From contig CAVZJB010000003.1 in assembly GCA_963775425.1 (NCBI GenBank), forward strand, positions 64,001 to 128,000: 64,000 bases of DNA, in the 5' to 3' direction. This stretch comes from an uncultured delta proteobacterium. GTDB taxonomy: Bacteria > Myxococcota > UBA727 > VGSZ01. Shown here piece by piece: positions 23,906 to 33,550 of the stretch. Within the stretch, counting starts at the first letter, position 1; the number at the start of each line of letters is the position of its first letter. Both the position numbers and the translations under genes were made by a program. The notes under the pieces are model-generated. The model worked only from the letters and a program-made list of their open reading frames with translations, had not been told where the DNA came from and did no database searches.

Positions 23906-25809
23906 CCTTCGCTCAGCTCCCAGGGCGGGGGCTCGTCCCCCGCGTCGGCGGGACCACGAGGCGGGGGACGCGCCTCCGCCCGACTGTGGCGCTCGCGCTC
24001 CTTGTCCTCGCGCAGGGTTGCAGTTGCGACGCGCCGCTCGAGCCCGGTGATCTGCTCGGCGACGGCTTCGCGAGCGTCGTGGCCGTCGACGGGACGCACG
24101 TCAAGCTCACGTTGTCGCGCGGCATCGACAAGGGGACGGCCAAGCCGGCGGCGTTCGCCATCGCCAACTACACGGTGGTCCCGGCGGCCACGGCCAGCAT
24201 CGCCGACGTCAGCGCGGACAGCGACACCGTCGTCACGCTCACCACCTCGGAGCTCACCACCGGCGCGCAGTACACGCTCGAGGTGAAGGGGCTCAAGGAC
24301 GCGCAGGGCCGCGCGCTCGACGGCACCATCAACTTCACCCCCGGCGGCGCCGGCCCCGTGGTGCCCGTGCAGATCGTCATCGACGACGTCGAGACCGCGC
24401 GCCTTCACCAGTCCCTCACGGCCATGGTCACCGTGGACGACAGCGGCGTCTTCTCGGAGCGGCTCCAGGCGTATCCCTTCGTCGACAACGGCGCCGCGTT
24501 CGTGGCCCAGGTGAACGTCGCCGTCGACGCCGCGCGCACGCTCGACCCGGGCGACGACACCGACCCCGGCGTCGACCGCCGCCCCTACGCCGTGCTCGTC
24601 GTCGACGAGGCCGGCCGCATGGCCTCGACGCTGGTGCGCTTCGTCCTGCCGAACGAGAGCGCGGACCGCACGGTGCCCGTCACGGTGCTGCCGCCCATCG
24701 AGATCCAGCAGCCGCAGACCGACGTGCTCCCCGACCCGCCCGATGACGCAAACCCCGGCGACGGCGTGCGTCAGGTGCGCATCGTCGTCGACAATCGCGC
24801 CTCGCACGAGCTGGTGCAACCGCAGCTCAAGGTGGCCTTCGGCCCAAGCGGCGACTTCGACGCGAGCTTCCCGCAGACGCTCGACCTCACCGAGATGGAC
24901 GGCGACAACGCCGGTTACTGGCAGGTGGTCGTCGGCGTGAAGGTCGACCCGAACCGCACCGTCGACGGCAGCACCAACGACACCTTCCCCTACTTCGCGT
25001 TCCTCGTGGACCAGGGCGTCGAGCACGAGGCGCTCTCGGTGGCCGTCACCGCGCCCGACGAGACGCCGGCCACCGTGCGGCTCTCGCTCGGGAACCCCAA
25101 CTACGTCCCCGTCACCTTCCGCGTCGACACCAGCCAGGCGTACGTCACGGCCGACGGCAGCGTGCGTGACCACTATCCGGGGGAGAGCATCTTCCTCACC
25201 GGCGAGTGGCAGCAGGCGGCCGACGCCCTCGGCAACAATTGCGGCGACTCGTTCACCGGCGGCGAGAACGCCTGCCTCGAGATGAAAGAGCTCGCGGGGC
25301 ACCCGGGCGTATGGACGCGCACGCTGTGGCTCCCGGGCGGCCGCCCCTACGGCTGGAAGGTGGTGCGCTGCACCGCCGGCACCGGCTGCGGCGACCTCAA
25401 CAACCTCGTGTCGTCGTCGGGGCGCGCGTTCGCCACCGTGATGAAGAACCTGGCCACCGAGAACATCGACGCCTTCGCCGACCCCAACGTGCAGATCATC
25501 GACCCGCTGAACCCGGGCGCGTACGCCGGCGGCGTCGTCTACCAGGGGCAGGGCGTCGGCGTGGAGCCGAACCCCGCGGGCATCCCCGACAACCACACCA
25601 TGTTCAAGCAGGAGGTCCCTGACCTCGTCGTGGTCGTCGACAACGTGCCCATCAAGACCCGCGTCATCCTCGTCGGGGCCTGGCGTGACATCAACCTGCC
25701 GAGCACCCCGCAGGACATCGTCAGCCAGCACCTGAGCGTGGACCTCACGCCGGCCGATTACGACGACGGATTCATCGGGCGGTTCCCGCCGTCCCGGGAG
25801 GAGCCATGA
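23902..25809 (+). CDS. Surface lipoprotein with Ig-like domain(s) and a C-terminal CBM20-like module
   Basis: ATGA-coupled, VLAQGC lipobox-like, LTTSELTTGAQYTLEVKGLKDAQG (Big_5-like), VTFRVD..GESIFLTGEW..GVWTRTLWLP..YGWKVV. Confidence 0.8.
   Translation: MTFAQLPGRGLVPRVGGTTRRGTRLRPTVALALLVLAQGCSCDAPLEPGDLLGDGFASVVAVDGTHVKLTLSRGIDKGTAKPAAFAIANYTVVPAATASIADVSADSDTVVTLTTSELTTGAQYTLEVKGLKDAQGRALDGTINFTPGGAGPVVPVQIVIDDVETARLHQSLTAMVTVDDSGVFSERLQAYPFVDNGAAFVAQVNVAVDAARTLDPGDDTDPGVDRRPYAVLVVDEAGRMASTLVRFVLPNESADRTVPVTVLPPIEIQQPQTDVLPDPPDDANPGDGVRQVRIVVDNRASHELVQPQLKVAFGPSGDFDASFPQTLDLTEMDGDNAGYWQVVVGVKVDPNRTVDGSTNDTFPYFAFLVDQGVEHEALSVAVTAPDETPATVRLSLGNPNYVPVTFRVDTSQAYVTADGSVRDHYPGESIFLTGEWQQAADALGNNCGDSFTGGENACLEMKELAGHPGVWTRTLWLPGGRPYGWKVVRCTAGTGCGDLNNLVSSSGRAFATVMKNLATENIDAFADPNVQIIDPLNPGAYAGGVVYQGQGVGVEPNPAGIPDNHTMFKQEVPDLVVVVDNVPIKTRVILVGAWRDINLPSTPQDIVSQHLSVDLTPADYDDGFIGRFPPSREEP
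23920..23984. repeat. Inverted pair of REP-like elements (copy B)
   Basis: CCAGGGCGGGGGCTCGTCCCCCGCGTCGG, then an inverted copy whose reverse complement is GTCGGGCGGAGGCGCGTCCCCCGC. Confidence 0.75.
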
Positions 25810-28800
25810 GCGCACAGCGACGTGGGGCGGGGGCTTGTCCCCCGCGTCGGACCGACCGCGTTGGTCGACCTGGCCGCCGCCATGGGGGACGAGCCCCTGC
25901 GCCTCGGCGCGTGGCCTCGACGCTCGCCGGCGCGCTGCTCTTTGCGGCGGCGGCGCACGCGCAGTCCGCGTTCACCGAGAACGTCACCTTCCGCTTCCAG
26001 TCCGATCAGATCACCTACCAGGGGCCCATCAACTCCGGCTGGCTGATGCTCGACGTCGACGGCGGCCGGAACAAGGTGGCCAACGCGCGGCAGATGTCGT
26101 GCGACAACAACAACCCCAAGGTGTGCTCCTTGACGGTGCCCTTGGCCGAGGGCGACTACATCTACACGTTCGTGGTCAACCCCGAGCAGTTCGTCGACCT
26201 GAGCAATCCTTCGCTCAACCCCGACGACATCCCCGACAGCAACTTCTTCCGCGACCCCAACCCCAGAGACGCCGGCTTCTGCGGTCAGTTCTCCACGGAC
26301 AACTGCCTGTACGTCAGGAACCCCGCGCGGCCCACGTTCAATCCGGCGAGCTACGCGCCCGGTCACGGCGCGCTCGTGACGACGTCGTCGCAGGACATCA
26401 GCGTCACCGTGAACCGCGGGCAGGGCAGCACCCCCATCGATCCGTCGAGCGTTCACGTGTTCATCGAGGACGCCGAGCCCGCGGGCGTGCGCTTCACCAC
26501 GGGTGACCCGGTGACGCCGCAGCCGGTGGCGGTGCCGGGGGCCACCTTCTCGGCCACCCAGAACGGCGGCACCATCCACGCCAGCATCACCAACCTCCCC
26601 GAGGGCTTCCACCGCGTCCTCGTCGACGTCGCCGACACCAACGGCCTCGCCGCCGACCGCTTCGTCGGCTCCCTCCTCATCAACCGCGACAACCAGCCGC
26701 CCACCGCGCACGCGGGGCCCACGCAGTTCACCGCGGTGAACCAGGAGGTCATCCTCGACGGCTCGCTGTCCACCGACCCGGACTTCATCGGCTTCTCCGA
26801 GTACCAGTGGCGCGTCATCGAGGCGCCGGCGGGCGGCGCGGGCTCGTTCCGCTGCGTCGACGAAGAGCTCATCCCGCGCGACGGCTTCGGCCGCCCCTTC
26901 TTCGACGCCAGCGGCAACACGGTCGGCGACGCCTGCCAGCGCAGCGACCCGGGCGCCATGCCGCGCTTCAAGGCCACCGCTCCCGGCCGCTACCTCATCG
27001 GCCTCAAGGTCAAGGACATCGGCGGGCTCCTCTCGAGCGAGAGCACCACCGAGGTCTTCGTGTCGCCCGCGATGAACACCACCGTGCACCCGCGGGTGGA
27101 GGTTGCCGTCGACGGAAACACGGTCACCGTGGACGGCTCGCTCACCGTGGGCGTCACCGGCAGCAGCAACGCGCGCTTCGTGGCCGACCTCGACAACCCC
27201 GCGCCCGTCACCCTGTCGCAAAACGGGCTGGTGGCCACGTTTTCGAAGCCGTCCACCCCGGGCGCGTACCTCGTGCACCTGCAGATCGACGACAGCTACC
27301 CCGCCACCGCGATGATCCGCGTGCTCGACGACGGCAGCGTCGACGGCTTCGACCTCGCGCGCCCGCCCAAGGACTGGCGCACCGAGAAGGTCCTCTACCT
27401 CGGCTTCGTCCGTGAGTTCTTCGACGAGGACGGCGACGGCGAGGGCGACCTCCTCGGGATGATCGACAAGATGGACTACATCGCCAAGCTCGGCGTCACC
27501 ACCATCTGGCTGATGCCGCTGTCCGAGGGCCCCACCACCCACGGCTACGCCACCACCGGCGCGTTCTCCATCGACGGCGACTACGGCACACCGGAGGACC
27601 TCGAGCTGCTCACCGAGACGGCCAAGGCGTTCGGCCTCGAGGTGGTCATGGACCTCGTGGCCAACCACACGAGCGACCAGCACCCGTTCTTCCAGGCCGC
27701 GCGGCAGAACCCGCAGAGCCCGCTGCACGACTGGTACGCCTTCAACCCCGACGGCAGCTATCGCTTCGCCTTCACCTTCTTCGCGCTCCCCGACAACGAC
27801 CAGAACAACCCCATGGTGCGCCAGACGCTCATGCAGGAGGTGGACTGGTTCATGGACCGCGGCATCGAGGGGGTGCGCTGCGACATCGCGGGCTTTTCGC
27901 CGCCGAGCTTCTGGCGCGAGGTGCGCCGTCACGTGAAGGCGCGGGCGCCGAACGCCATCATGCTCGCGGAGCTCCTGCCTCCCATGCCGGAGTACTTCGA
28001 CCACGCCTTCGACCTCGCCTACGACGCCACCACCTTCTGGGGCACGCGCGACGCGTTCGCCGTCAACGGGCCGTTCGACAACGTCAACGGCAGCCTCGAG
28101 CAGGCCACGCGGTTCGTGGAGTCCGCGCAGACGGAGCGCGCGCGCAACAGCGTCCGCCAGCAGGACGTGCTCTTCATGCGCTACCTCGACAACCAGGACG
28201 AGGACCGCTTCCTCCTGCGCGCCGGCGGCGACTTCCGCAAGGCCAAGGCCGCGGCGGGGTTCCTGTTCACCATCCCGGGCACGCCGCTCATCACCTACGG
28301 CAACGAGGTGGGCATCCAGGAGCTCCGCGGCCGCTACCCGTTCGCCGACTACGACGCCGCCAGCGACAAGTTCGGCGACAGCGCGCGCGACTCCTTGATG
28401 AAGCTGTACCGAAAGCTCATCCAGGTCCGGCGCGGGAACGTCGCGCTGCGCGCGCCGGACAGCGCCACCGGCTTCGCCGACGGCAACACCTACCTGCGCA
28501 TCTCGAGCAACGGCGACGAGGGCGGCGGCAACGTCTACAGCTTCATGCGCTTCGACGAGGGCCAGCGCTTCATCGTGCTCGTCAACCGCGCGGACTCCAC
28601 CGCCATCGGCACCACCGCGCGCGTGTTCCCCCCGGCGTCGCTGTTCACCGACTACCCGGACCAGACCCTGACGCTCGTCGACGCGATCGATCCGTCGGTG
28701 CACGTGCAGGTCACGCGCTCGCAGCTCACCGCGCCCGGCGGGGTCACCTTCAACGTGCCCGGCTTCGGCACGCGCATCTTCGAGGTCACCCAGAACGGCA

Positions 28801-30002
28801 TCCCGGACGCCGACGGCGACAAGACCCTCGACAGCTACGACAACTGCGCCGGCATCCCCAACGCCGACCAGCGCGACCTCGACGGCGACCACGTCGGCGA
28901 CCGCTGCGACCGCTGCCCCGACACCGTCCGCGGCGCGCCCGCGGGCCGAGACGGCTGCGCGCCCGCCGCCGGCGCCCCCCGCGCGCGCTACACCCTCGAC
29001 GGCGCGCTCGACGACGCCGGCTACCAGGTGGCCACCGGATCGGGCATCTCGCTGTACGCGTCGTTCAACGGCCAGCTCCTCTACGTCGCCACCGAGGCCG
29101 CCAACCGCGGCGAAGACGCGTTCGTCGTCGTCACCGACGACACCGGCCGCTCCGTGGTCGCCCCGTTCGGCAAGGCCGGCACGGTGGCCACGAGCGCGGC
29201 CCTCAGCGCCGGCGGCGCGGGGGGCGTGTTCCTCGCCGACGAGGGAGACAACGACTTCAACCGCTGGTTCGGCGCCACCGGCGAGGCGCGGTCGGCGACG
29301 GAGCCGCTGCCGGGCCGCGGGGTGCTCGAGGGCACGCTGAACCTCGTGGAGCTCTTCGGCGCGGTGCCGCCGCAGATCCACATCGCGGCGCTCCGCTACG
29401 GCGGCGACGACGGCGGGCACCTGCTCGCGCAGGCGCCGGCCGGCAACGGCGACGACACGGTGAGCGGCGACGAGATGTTCACGCTCGACACCACGCTGCC
29501 GCCGCTCGACGACGCCGGCGAGGGCGAGGGCGAGGGCGAAGGCGGCGAGGGCGAGGGCGAGGGCGAGGGCGACGTCATCTCGCAGCCCGGTGACGTCGAC
29601 GGCGACGGCGTGGAGAACCTCGTCGACAACTGCCCCGAGATCTACAACCCCGCGCAGGCCGACGCCGACGGCGACGGCCTCGGCGACGGCTGCGATCAGT
29701 GCCCGCTCACGGCGCCCAACGTCATCGTCGACGCCGACGGCTGCGGCGACCGCGACGTGTCCGTGGGCCCCGGCGGCGGAACGCGCGCGAACCCGCACGT
29801 GACCAACCCCAACGATCGCCTGGCCGTCGAGCACGAGTGCGGCTGCACCGCCTCGGGCACCACCGACGCGGGCCCCTCGGCCCTGCTCGGCGCGGCCCTC
29901 TGGCTGGTCCTGCGCCTGCGCCGGCTGGGTCGCGCGCGCCGTCGTCGTGGCGCGGCGGCTTGTCCGCCGCCGCCGGGTCGGGCAGCCTCGGGCTCCGCAT
30001 GA
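25806..30002 (+). CDS. Very large secreted GH13 enzyme with N-terminal CBM-like and PKD-like domains, TSP3-like repeats, (GE)n linker and MYXO-CTERM-like anchor
   Basis: AHA-Q signal, PTAHAGP..VILDGSLSTDPD..YQW (PKD-like), DEDGDGEGDL, HGYATT, DLVANHTS, GVRCDIA, MLAE, YLDNQDEDRF, GTPLITYGNEVG; tail CGCTA..ALLGAALWLVLRLRR. Confidence 0.9.
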   Translation: MSAQRRGAGACPPRRTDRVGRPGRRHGGRAPAPRRVASTLAGALLFAAAAHAQSAFTENVTFRFQSDQITYQGPINSGWLMLDVDGGRNKVANARQMSCDNNNPKVCSLTVPLAEGDYIYTFVVNPEQFVDLSNPSLNPDDIPDSNFFRDPNPRDAGFCGQFSTDNCLYVRNPARPTFNPASYAPGHGALVTTSSQDISVTVNRGQGSTPIDPSSVHVFIEDAEPAGVRFTTGDPVTPQPVAVPGATFSATQNGGTIHASITNLPEGFHRVLVDVADTNGLAADRFVGSLLINRDNQPPTAHAGPTQFTAVNQEVILDGSLSTDPDFIGFSEYQWRVIEAPAGGAGSFRCVDEELIPRDGFGRPFFDASGNTVGDACQRSDPGAMPRFKATAPGRYLIGLKVKDIGGLLSSESTTEVFVSPAMNTTVHPRVEVAVDGNTVTVDGSLTVGVTGSSNARFVADLDNPAPVTLSQNGLVATFSKPSTPGAYLVHLQIDDSYPATAMIRVLDDGSVDGFDLARPPKDWRTEKVLYLGFVREFFDEDGDGEGDLLGMIDKMDYIAKLGVTTIWLMPLSEGPTTHGYATTGAFSIDGDYGTPEDLELLTETAKAFGLEVVMDLVANHTSDQHPFFQAARQNPQSPLHDWYAFNPDGSYRFAFTFFALPDNDQNNPMVRQTLMQEVDWFMDRGIEGVRCDIAGFSPPSFWREVRRHVKARAPNAIMLAELLPPMPEYFDHAFDLAYDATTFWGTRDAFAVNGPFDNVNGSLEQATRFVESAQTERARNSVRQQDVLFMRYLDNQDEDRFLLRAGGDFRKAKAAAGFLFTIPGTPLITYGNEVGIQELRGRYPFADYDAASDKFGDSARDSLMKLYRKLIQVRRGNVALRAPDSATGFADGNTYLRISSNGDEGGGNVYSFMRFDEGQRFIVLVNRADSTAIGTTARVFPPASLFTDYPDQTLTLVDAIDPSVHVQVTRSQLTAPGGVTFNVPGFGTRIFEVTQNGIPDADGDKTLDSYDNCAGIPNADQRDLDGDHVGDRCDRCPDTVRGAPAGRDGCAPAAGAPRARYTLDGALDDAGYQVATGSGISLYASFNGQLLYVATEAANRGEDAFVVVTDDTGRSVVAPFGKAGTVATSAALSAGGAGGVFLADEGDNDFNRWFGATGEARSATEPLPGRGVLEGTLNLVELFGAVPPQIHIAALRYGGDDGGHLLAQAPAGNGDDTVSGDEMFTLDTTLPPLDDAGEGEGEGEGGEGEGEGEGDVISQPGDVDGDGVENLVDNCPEIYNPAQADADGDGLGDGCDQCPLTAPNVIVDADGCGDRDVSVGPGGGTRANPHVTNPNDRLAVEHECGCTASGTTDAGPSALLGAALWLVLRLRRLGRARRRRGAAACPPPPGRAASGSA
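25822..25905. repeat. REP-like element copy C with a degenerate inverted partner
   Basis: GTGGGGCGGGGGCTTGTCCCCCGCGTCGGA, then GGGGGACGAGCCCCTGCGCCTC in inverted orientation. Confidence 0.75.
29517..29570 (+). repeat. (GE)n-encoding hexanucleotide repeat
   Basis: Encodes GEGEGEGEGGEGEGEGEG. Confidence 0.95.
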
Positions 30003-30754
30003 GCGAAGCCCGCAGCGCGCGCCACAGGGGCGCGCCCCACGACGACGAGCGCGCGCCCCACGACGAGCGGGGGAGCGCCCGGCGTCGACGCGGCGGGTCC
30101 GCCGCTGTGCTCGTCCTGCTCGTCCTGCTCGTTGAGGGGGGCTGCGGCGGCATCACCCACGGCGCCGGCGACCGGCCGCCGGGCTTCCGGCTCGTCTCCG
30201 GGACCCTGCAGATCCCCGACGCGTCGTCGCTCGGGCGCCAGACCACCGGCCTGCAGATCGCGGGCATCGCCGTCGGCACGCCCGCGGACACCAAGCGCGT
30301 CGACGCGTTCCCCTCGCCGGTCATCGACGTGTCCCACGTGCAGACCGCGCGCTTGTCCGCGCCCGTCGACGGCAAGCGCAGCTTCGTGGTCGTGCTCCAG
30401 GTGCCGTCCGCGTCGGCGCGCGGCCCCGGCGCGCTCGTCGCCACGCTCGAGTTCGACGGCGAGACGCTCCTGCCGCCCGGCCTCGACGACATCGAGCTCG
30501 GCGTCGTCCACGTCGAGGGCACGAGCCCCGCCGACGCCAAGCTCGTGGTCGGCGACGCCAACGACCCCCTCGCGCAGATCGACACGGACGGTGACGGCAC
30601 CCCCGACAAGGCCGACGACGACGACGACGGCGACGGCGTCCCTGACGCCAGCGACACCGACGCCGGCGGCGACGGCGTCGACGACGCCCTGCAATTGCTC
30701 TCGGCCATCCCCGACGAAGACGGCGACGGCGTCCCCGACCTGCTCCAGCCTTGA
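29999..30754 (+). CDS. Putative lipoprotein with acidic TSP3-like Ca-binding tail
   Basis: ATGA-coupled, VLVLLVLLVEGGC, C-terminal DTDGDGTPD..DDDGDGVPD..DEDGDGVPD. Confidence 0.75.
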   Translation: MSEARSARHRGAPHDDERAPHDERGSARRRRGGSAAVLVLLVLLVEGGCGGITHGAGDRPPGFRLVSGTLQIPDASSLGRQTTGLQIAGIAVGTPADTKRVDAFPSPVIDVSHVQTARLSAPVDGKRSFVVVLQVPSASARGPGALVATLEFDGETLLPPGLDDIELGVVHVEGTSPADAKLVVGDANDPLAQIDTDGDGTPDKADDDDDGDGVPDASDTDAGGDGVDDALQLLSAIPDEDGDGVPDLLQP

Positions 30755-30784
30755 GCGCGCGGCCGGCGGCGCGCACGACACGAC

Positions 30785-30800
30785 GGGCACGGTCGTTGCC
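30785..30800 (+). promoter_or_regulatory. Sigma-54-like -24/-12 promoter
   Basis: GGGCACGGTCGTTGC has exact GG-N10-GC spacing and ends 12 bp before ATG 30812. Confidence 0.6.
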
Positions 30801-30811
30801 ACTGCGGGGGC

Positions 30812-31750
30812 ATGCGCCTTGTCGTCGCAGCCCTCGCCATCGCCGCCGTCGGGTGTGTTCCCATGCCCGTGCCGGCGGATGAGGTCGGTCCGCCGGGGGC
30901 GTCCGTGGAGACGCCTTCGTTCGATCCCTTCTACGGCCCGCTCGCGCCCTACGGGGATTGGTGGTGGAGCGCACGCTACGGCTGGGTGTTTAGCCCCAGC
31001 GTGCCGGCGGGCTGGCGCCCCTACACCGTCGGCCACTGGCTCCTCAGTGACGAGGGCTGGACCTGGAATTCCGACGAGCCCTTCGGCTGGGCTTGCTTCC
31101 ACTACGGGCGCTGGACGTGGCTCGACGACGCCGGCTGGGCCTGGGTGCCGGGCCGCGTCTGGGCCCCGGCGTGGGTCATCTGGCGCTCCGCGCCGGGCTA
31201 CGTCGGTTGGGGCCCCATCGGCCCCTCCGGCGTCGTCGCCGGCTCGTTTGCGTGGGTCTTCGTCCCCGAGCGCCGCTTCGTCGGCGTGCGCGTCGTCGAC
31301 GACGAAGTGCCCATGGCGCGCAACCCCGACCTGCTGCCGTCGTCGCGCGTGATCCATCGGCCCTCCCGCGAGGCGCTCGAGCGCGAAAGCGGCCGGGGGA
31401 TCCCGGTGCACCGCGTGGCGCGCGACGGCCGCCTGCAGGAGCCCGGCGACGTCGTCATCCGCCGCGCGCCGCGCGTCGAGCCCAGGCACGGCGGTGTCGA
31501 CATCCCGGGGCCGGGCGGCGCCCGCTTCAGCCCGGGCGAGCATGTCGTGCGGCGGCCGCTCTCCGGCCCCTCCGACGACGACATCGACCGGCGTTACGAC
31601 GCCATGCAGCGGCGCGTGCCCGACGGGCGCGACCGCCGAGCGCTCGAGGACAATCGTGCGCGGGAGAAGCGAGCGGCCGAGGGCAGGCGCACCATCCCGC
31701 GCGCCGTCCCTCGCGGCGCTCCGCATGCGAGGCCGAGACACCATCGATGA
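30812..31750 (+). CDS. DUF6600-type Trp/Tyr/Gly-rich lipoprotein
   Basis: AVGC lipobox; LAPYGDW, WRPY..GHW, EPFGWACFHYGRW, WVPGRVWAPAWV.WR. Confidence 0.85.
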   Translation: MRLVVAALAIAAVGCVPMPVPADEVGPPGASVETPSFDPFYGPLAPYGDWWWSARYGWVFSPSVPAGWRPYTVGHWLLSDEGWTWNSDEPFGWACFHYGRWTWLDDAGWAWVPGRVWAPAWVIWRSAPGYVGWGPIGPSGVVAGSFAWVFVPERRFVGVRVVDDEVPMARNPDLLPSSRVIHRPSREALERESGRGIPVHRVARDGRLQEPGDVVIRRAPRVEPRHGGVDIPGPGGARFSPGEHVVRRPLSGPSDDDIDRRYDAMQRRVPDGRDRRALEDNRAREKRAAEGRRTIPRAVPRGAPHARPRHHR

Positions 31751-32331
31751 CCTGGCGCCACCTCCCTGCTCACCTGCTCACGGCGGTGCGGGTGCCGCTC
31801 GCCGCGCTCCTGTGGCTGCGGCCCGGCGATCCCGTGTTCTTCCTCGGCGTCCTCGCCGCGGGCGGCGTCAGCGACGTCCTCGACGGGGTGTTCGCCCGCA
31901 TGCTCGACGCCGACCAGCGCGGCGATCCGCGGCACATCGGCTCGTGGCTCGATCCGGTGTGCGACAAGATCTTCGCGCTGTCGTCGATCATCGCCGCCAC
32001 CGTCAGCTTCGAGCCGCCGATCGTCCTCGTGGCTCTGCTGCTGTTCCGCGAGGCGCTGCAGCTCCCGCTGCTCCTCGTCTACCTCACGTCGTGGCTCCCC
32101 CGCGGCCGCCACGCCGACCTGGCCGCGGTGCCCGCCGGCAAGCTCACCACCGTGCTCCAGTTCGGCGCGCTCGTCTGCATCGTCCTGCGCTCGCCGCTGC
32201 TGTACGTGATGGCGCCGGCCGTGGCGCTGTCGGGCACCGTCGCCGTCGCGGTGTTCCTGCGACGGGCTTCGGTGGCGCTCGGCGAGCCCGCGACGGGCCG
32301 CGCATTGGGCGAGCGGCCTGCGCCGCGCTGA
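31747..32331 (+). CDS. CDP-alcohol phosphatidyltransferase family protein
   Basis: SDVLDGVFAR..GSWLDPVCDK signature; GKLTTVLQ. Confidence 0.9.
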   Translation: MTWRHLPAHLLTAVRVPLAALLWLRPGDPVFFLGVLAAGGVSDVLDGVFARMLDADQRGDPRHIGSWLDPVCDKIFALSSIIAATVSFEPPIVLVALLLFREALQLPLLLVYLTSWLPRGRHADLAAVPAGKLTTVLQFGALVCIVLRSPLLYVMAPAVALSGTVAVAVFLRRASVALGEPATGRALGERPAPR

Positions 32332-32376
32332 CGTCGGCGCAGTTTGCCCGCGCGGGCGGGTGGGCTATCGGGTCGT

Positions 32377-33537
32377 ATGCGCGTGACCCTGAAGAAGCCG
32401 CTCGCGCGCCACCTGAAAAGCGGTCACCCCTGGGTGTGGAACGACGCCGTCTCCGTGCCGAGCGGCGTGAACACCGGCGACGTCGTCGACGTCGTCGAGC
32501 GCGACGGGACGTTCATCGCCCGCGGCCTGTACGACGCGCGCTCGCCGCTGGCGGTGCGCGTCGCCACGCTCGATCCCGACGAGCTCGTCGACGGCGCCTT
32601 CGTCCGCGGCCACGTCGCCGAAGCCCTGCGCGCCCGCCGCGGGGTCATCGACGCGCGCGAGGTGACGGGCTTTCGCTGGCTCAACGGCGAAGGGGACAGG
32701 CTGCCGGGCGTGGTCGTCGACGTCTACGGCCCGGTCGCGGTGGTGCGCCTCGACGGGGAGGCCGTGCGCGTGTGGCGCGACGACGTCGTCGCCGCCGTCG
32801 TCGAGGAGGGGCGCGGCCTCGGCGTCGCCCACGTCTACGAGCGCGCGCGCAGGGGCCACGGTGAGGTGCTCTTCGGTGCGCCGCCGCCCGTGTCCGTGGA
32901 GATCATCGAGCACGGCGCGCGCTTCGCGGTCGACGTGGTGCGCGGCCAGAAGACGGGGTTCTTCCTCGACCAGCGGGAGAACCGCCGGCTGGTGCGCGAC
33001 TGCGCCGCCGGGCTGAGCGTGCTCAACCTCTTTTGCTACACCGGCGGCTTCTCCGTGCAGGCGGCGCGAGGCGGCGCCGAGCGGGTGGTCTCCGTCGACG
33101 TCGCCGCCGAGGCCGTCGCCGCCGCCCGCGACAACTTCGCCTTGAACGGGCTCGACCCCGCCAGGCACGGCTTCGAGGCCGCGGACTGCTTCGACTTCCT
33201 CGAGGGCGCGCGCGCCCGGGGCGAGCGCTTCGGCATGGTCATCGTGGACCCGCCGAGCTTCGCGCCCTCGGAGCGCTCACGGGACGCCGCGCTCAAGGCG
33301 TACCGCAAGCTGAACGCGCTCGCGCTCTCCGTCGTCGAGGACGAGGGACTGTTCGTGAGCGCCTCGTGCTCGAGCCACGTGACCCAGGACGCCTTCCTGG
33401 AGATGCTGCGCGACGCGTCCACCGAGGTCCGCCGTCCGCTGCGCGTGCTCGAGGTGCGCGGCCAACCCGGCGACCACCCGACGACGCCGGCGTTCAAGGA
33501 GGGCCGCTACCTCAAGTGCGTCCTCGCCCGCACGTGA
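32377..33537 (+). CDS. rlmI: Class I SAM-dependent rRNA methyltransferase (RlmI-like)
   Basis: GHPWV PUA domain, GEGDRLPG, GQKTGFFLDQRENR, LNLFCYTGGF, DPPSF, SCS. Confidence 0.88.
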   Translation: MRVTLKKPLARHLKSGHPWVWNDAVSVPSGVNTGDVVDVVERDGTFIARGLYDARSPLAVRVATLDPDELVDGAFVRGHVAEALRARRGVIDAREVTGFRWLNGEGDRLPGVVVDVYGPVAVVRLDGEAVRVWRDDVVAAVVEEGRGLGVAHVYERARRGHGEVLFGAPPPVSVEIIEHGARFAVDVVRGQKTGFFLDQRENRRLVRDCAAGLSVLNLFCYTGGFSVQAARGGAERVVSVDVAAEAVAAARDNFALNGLDPARHGFEAADCFDFLEGARARGERFGMVIVDPPSFAPSERSRDAALKAYRKLNALALSVVEDEGLFVSASCSSHVTQDAFLEMLRDASTEVRRPLRVLEVRGQPGDHPTTPAFKEGRYLKCVLART

Positions 33538-33550
33538 CCCGCGGGCGTCC

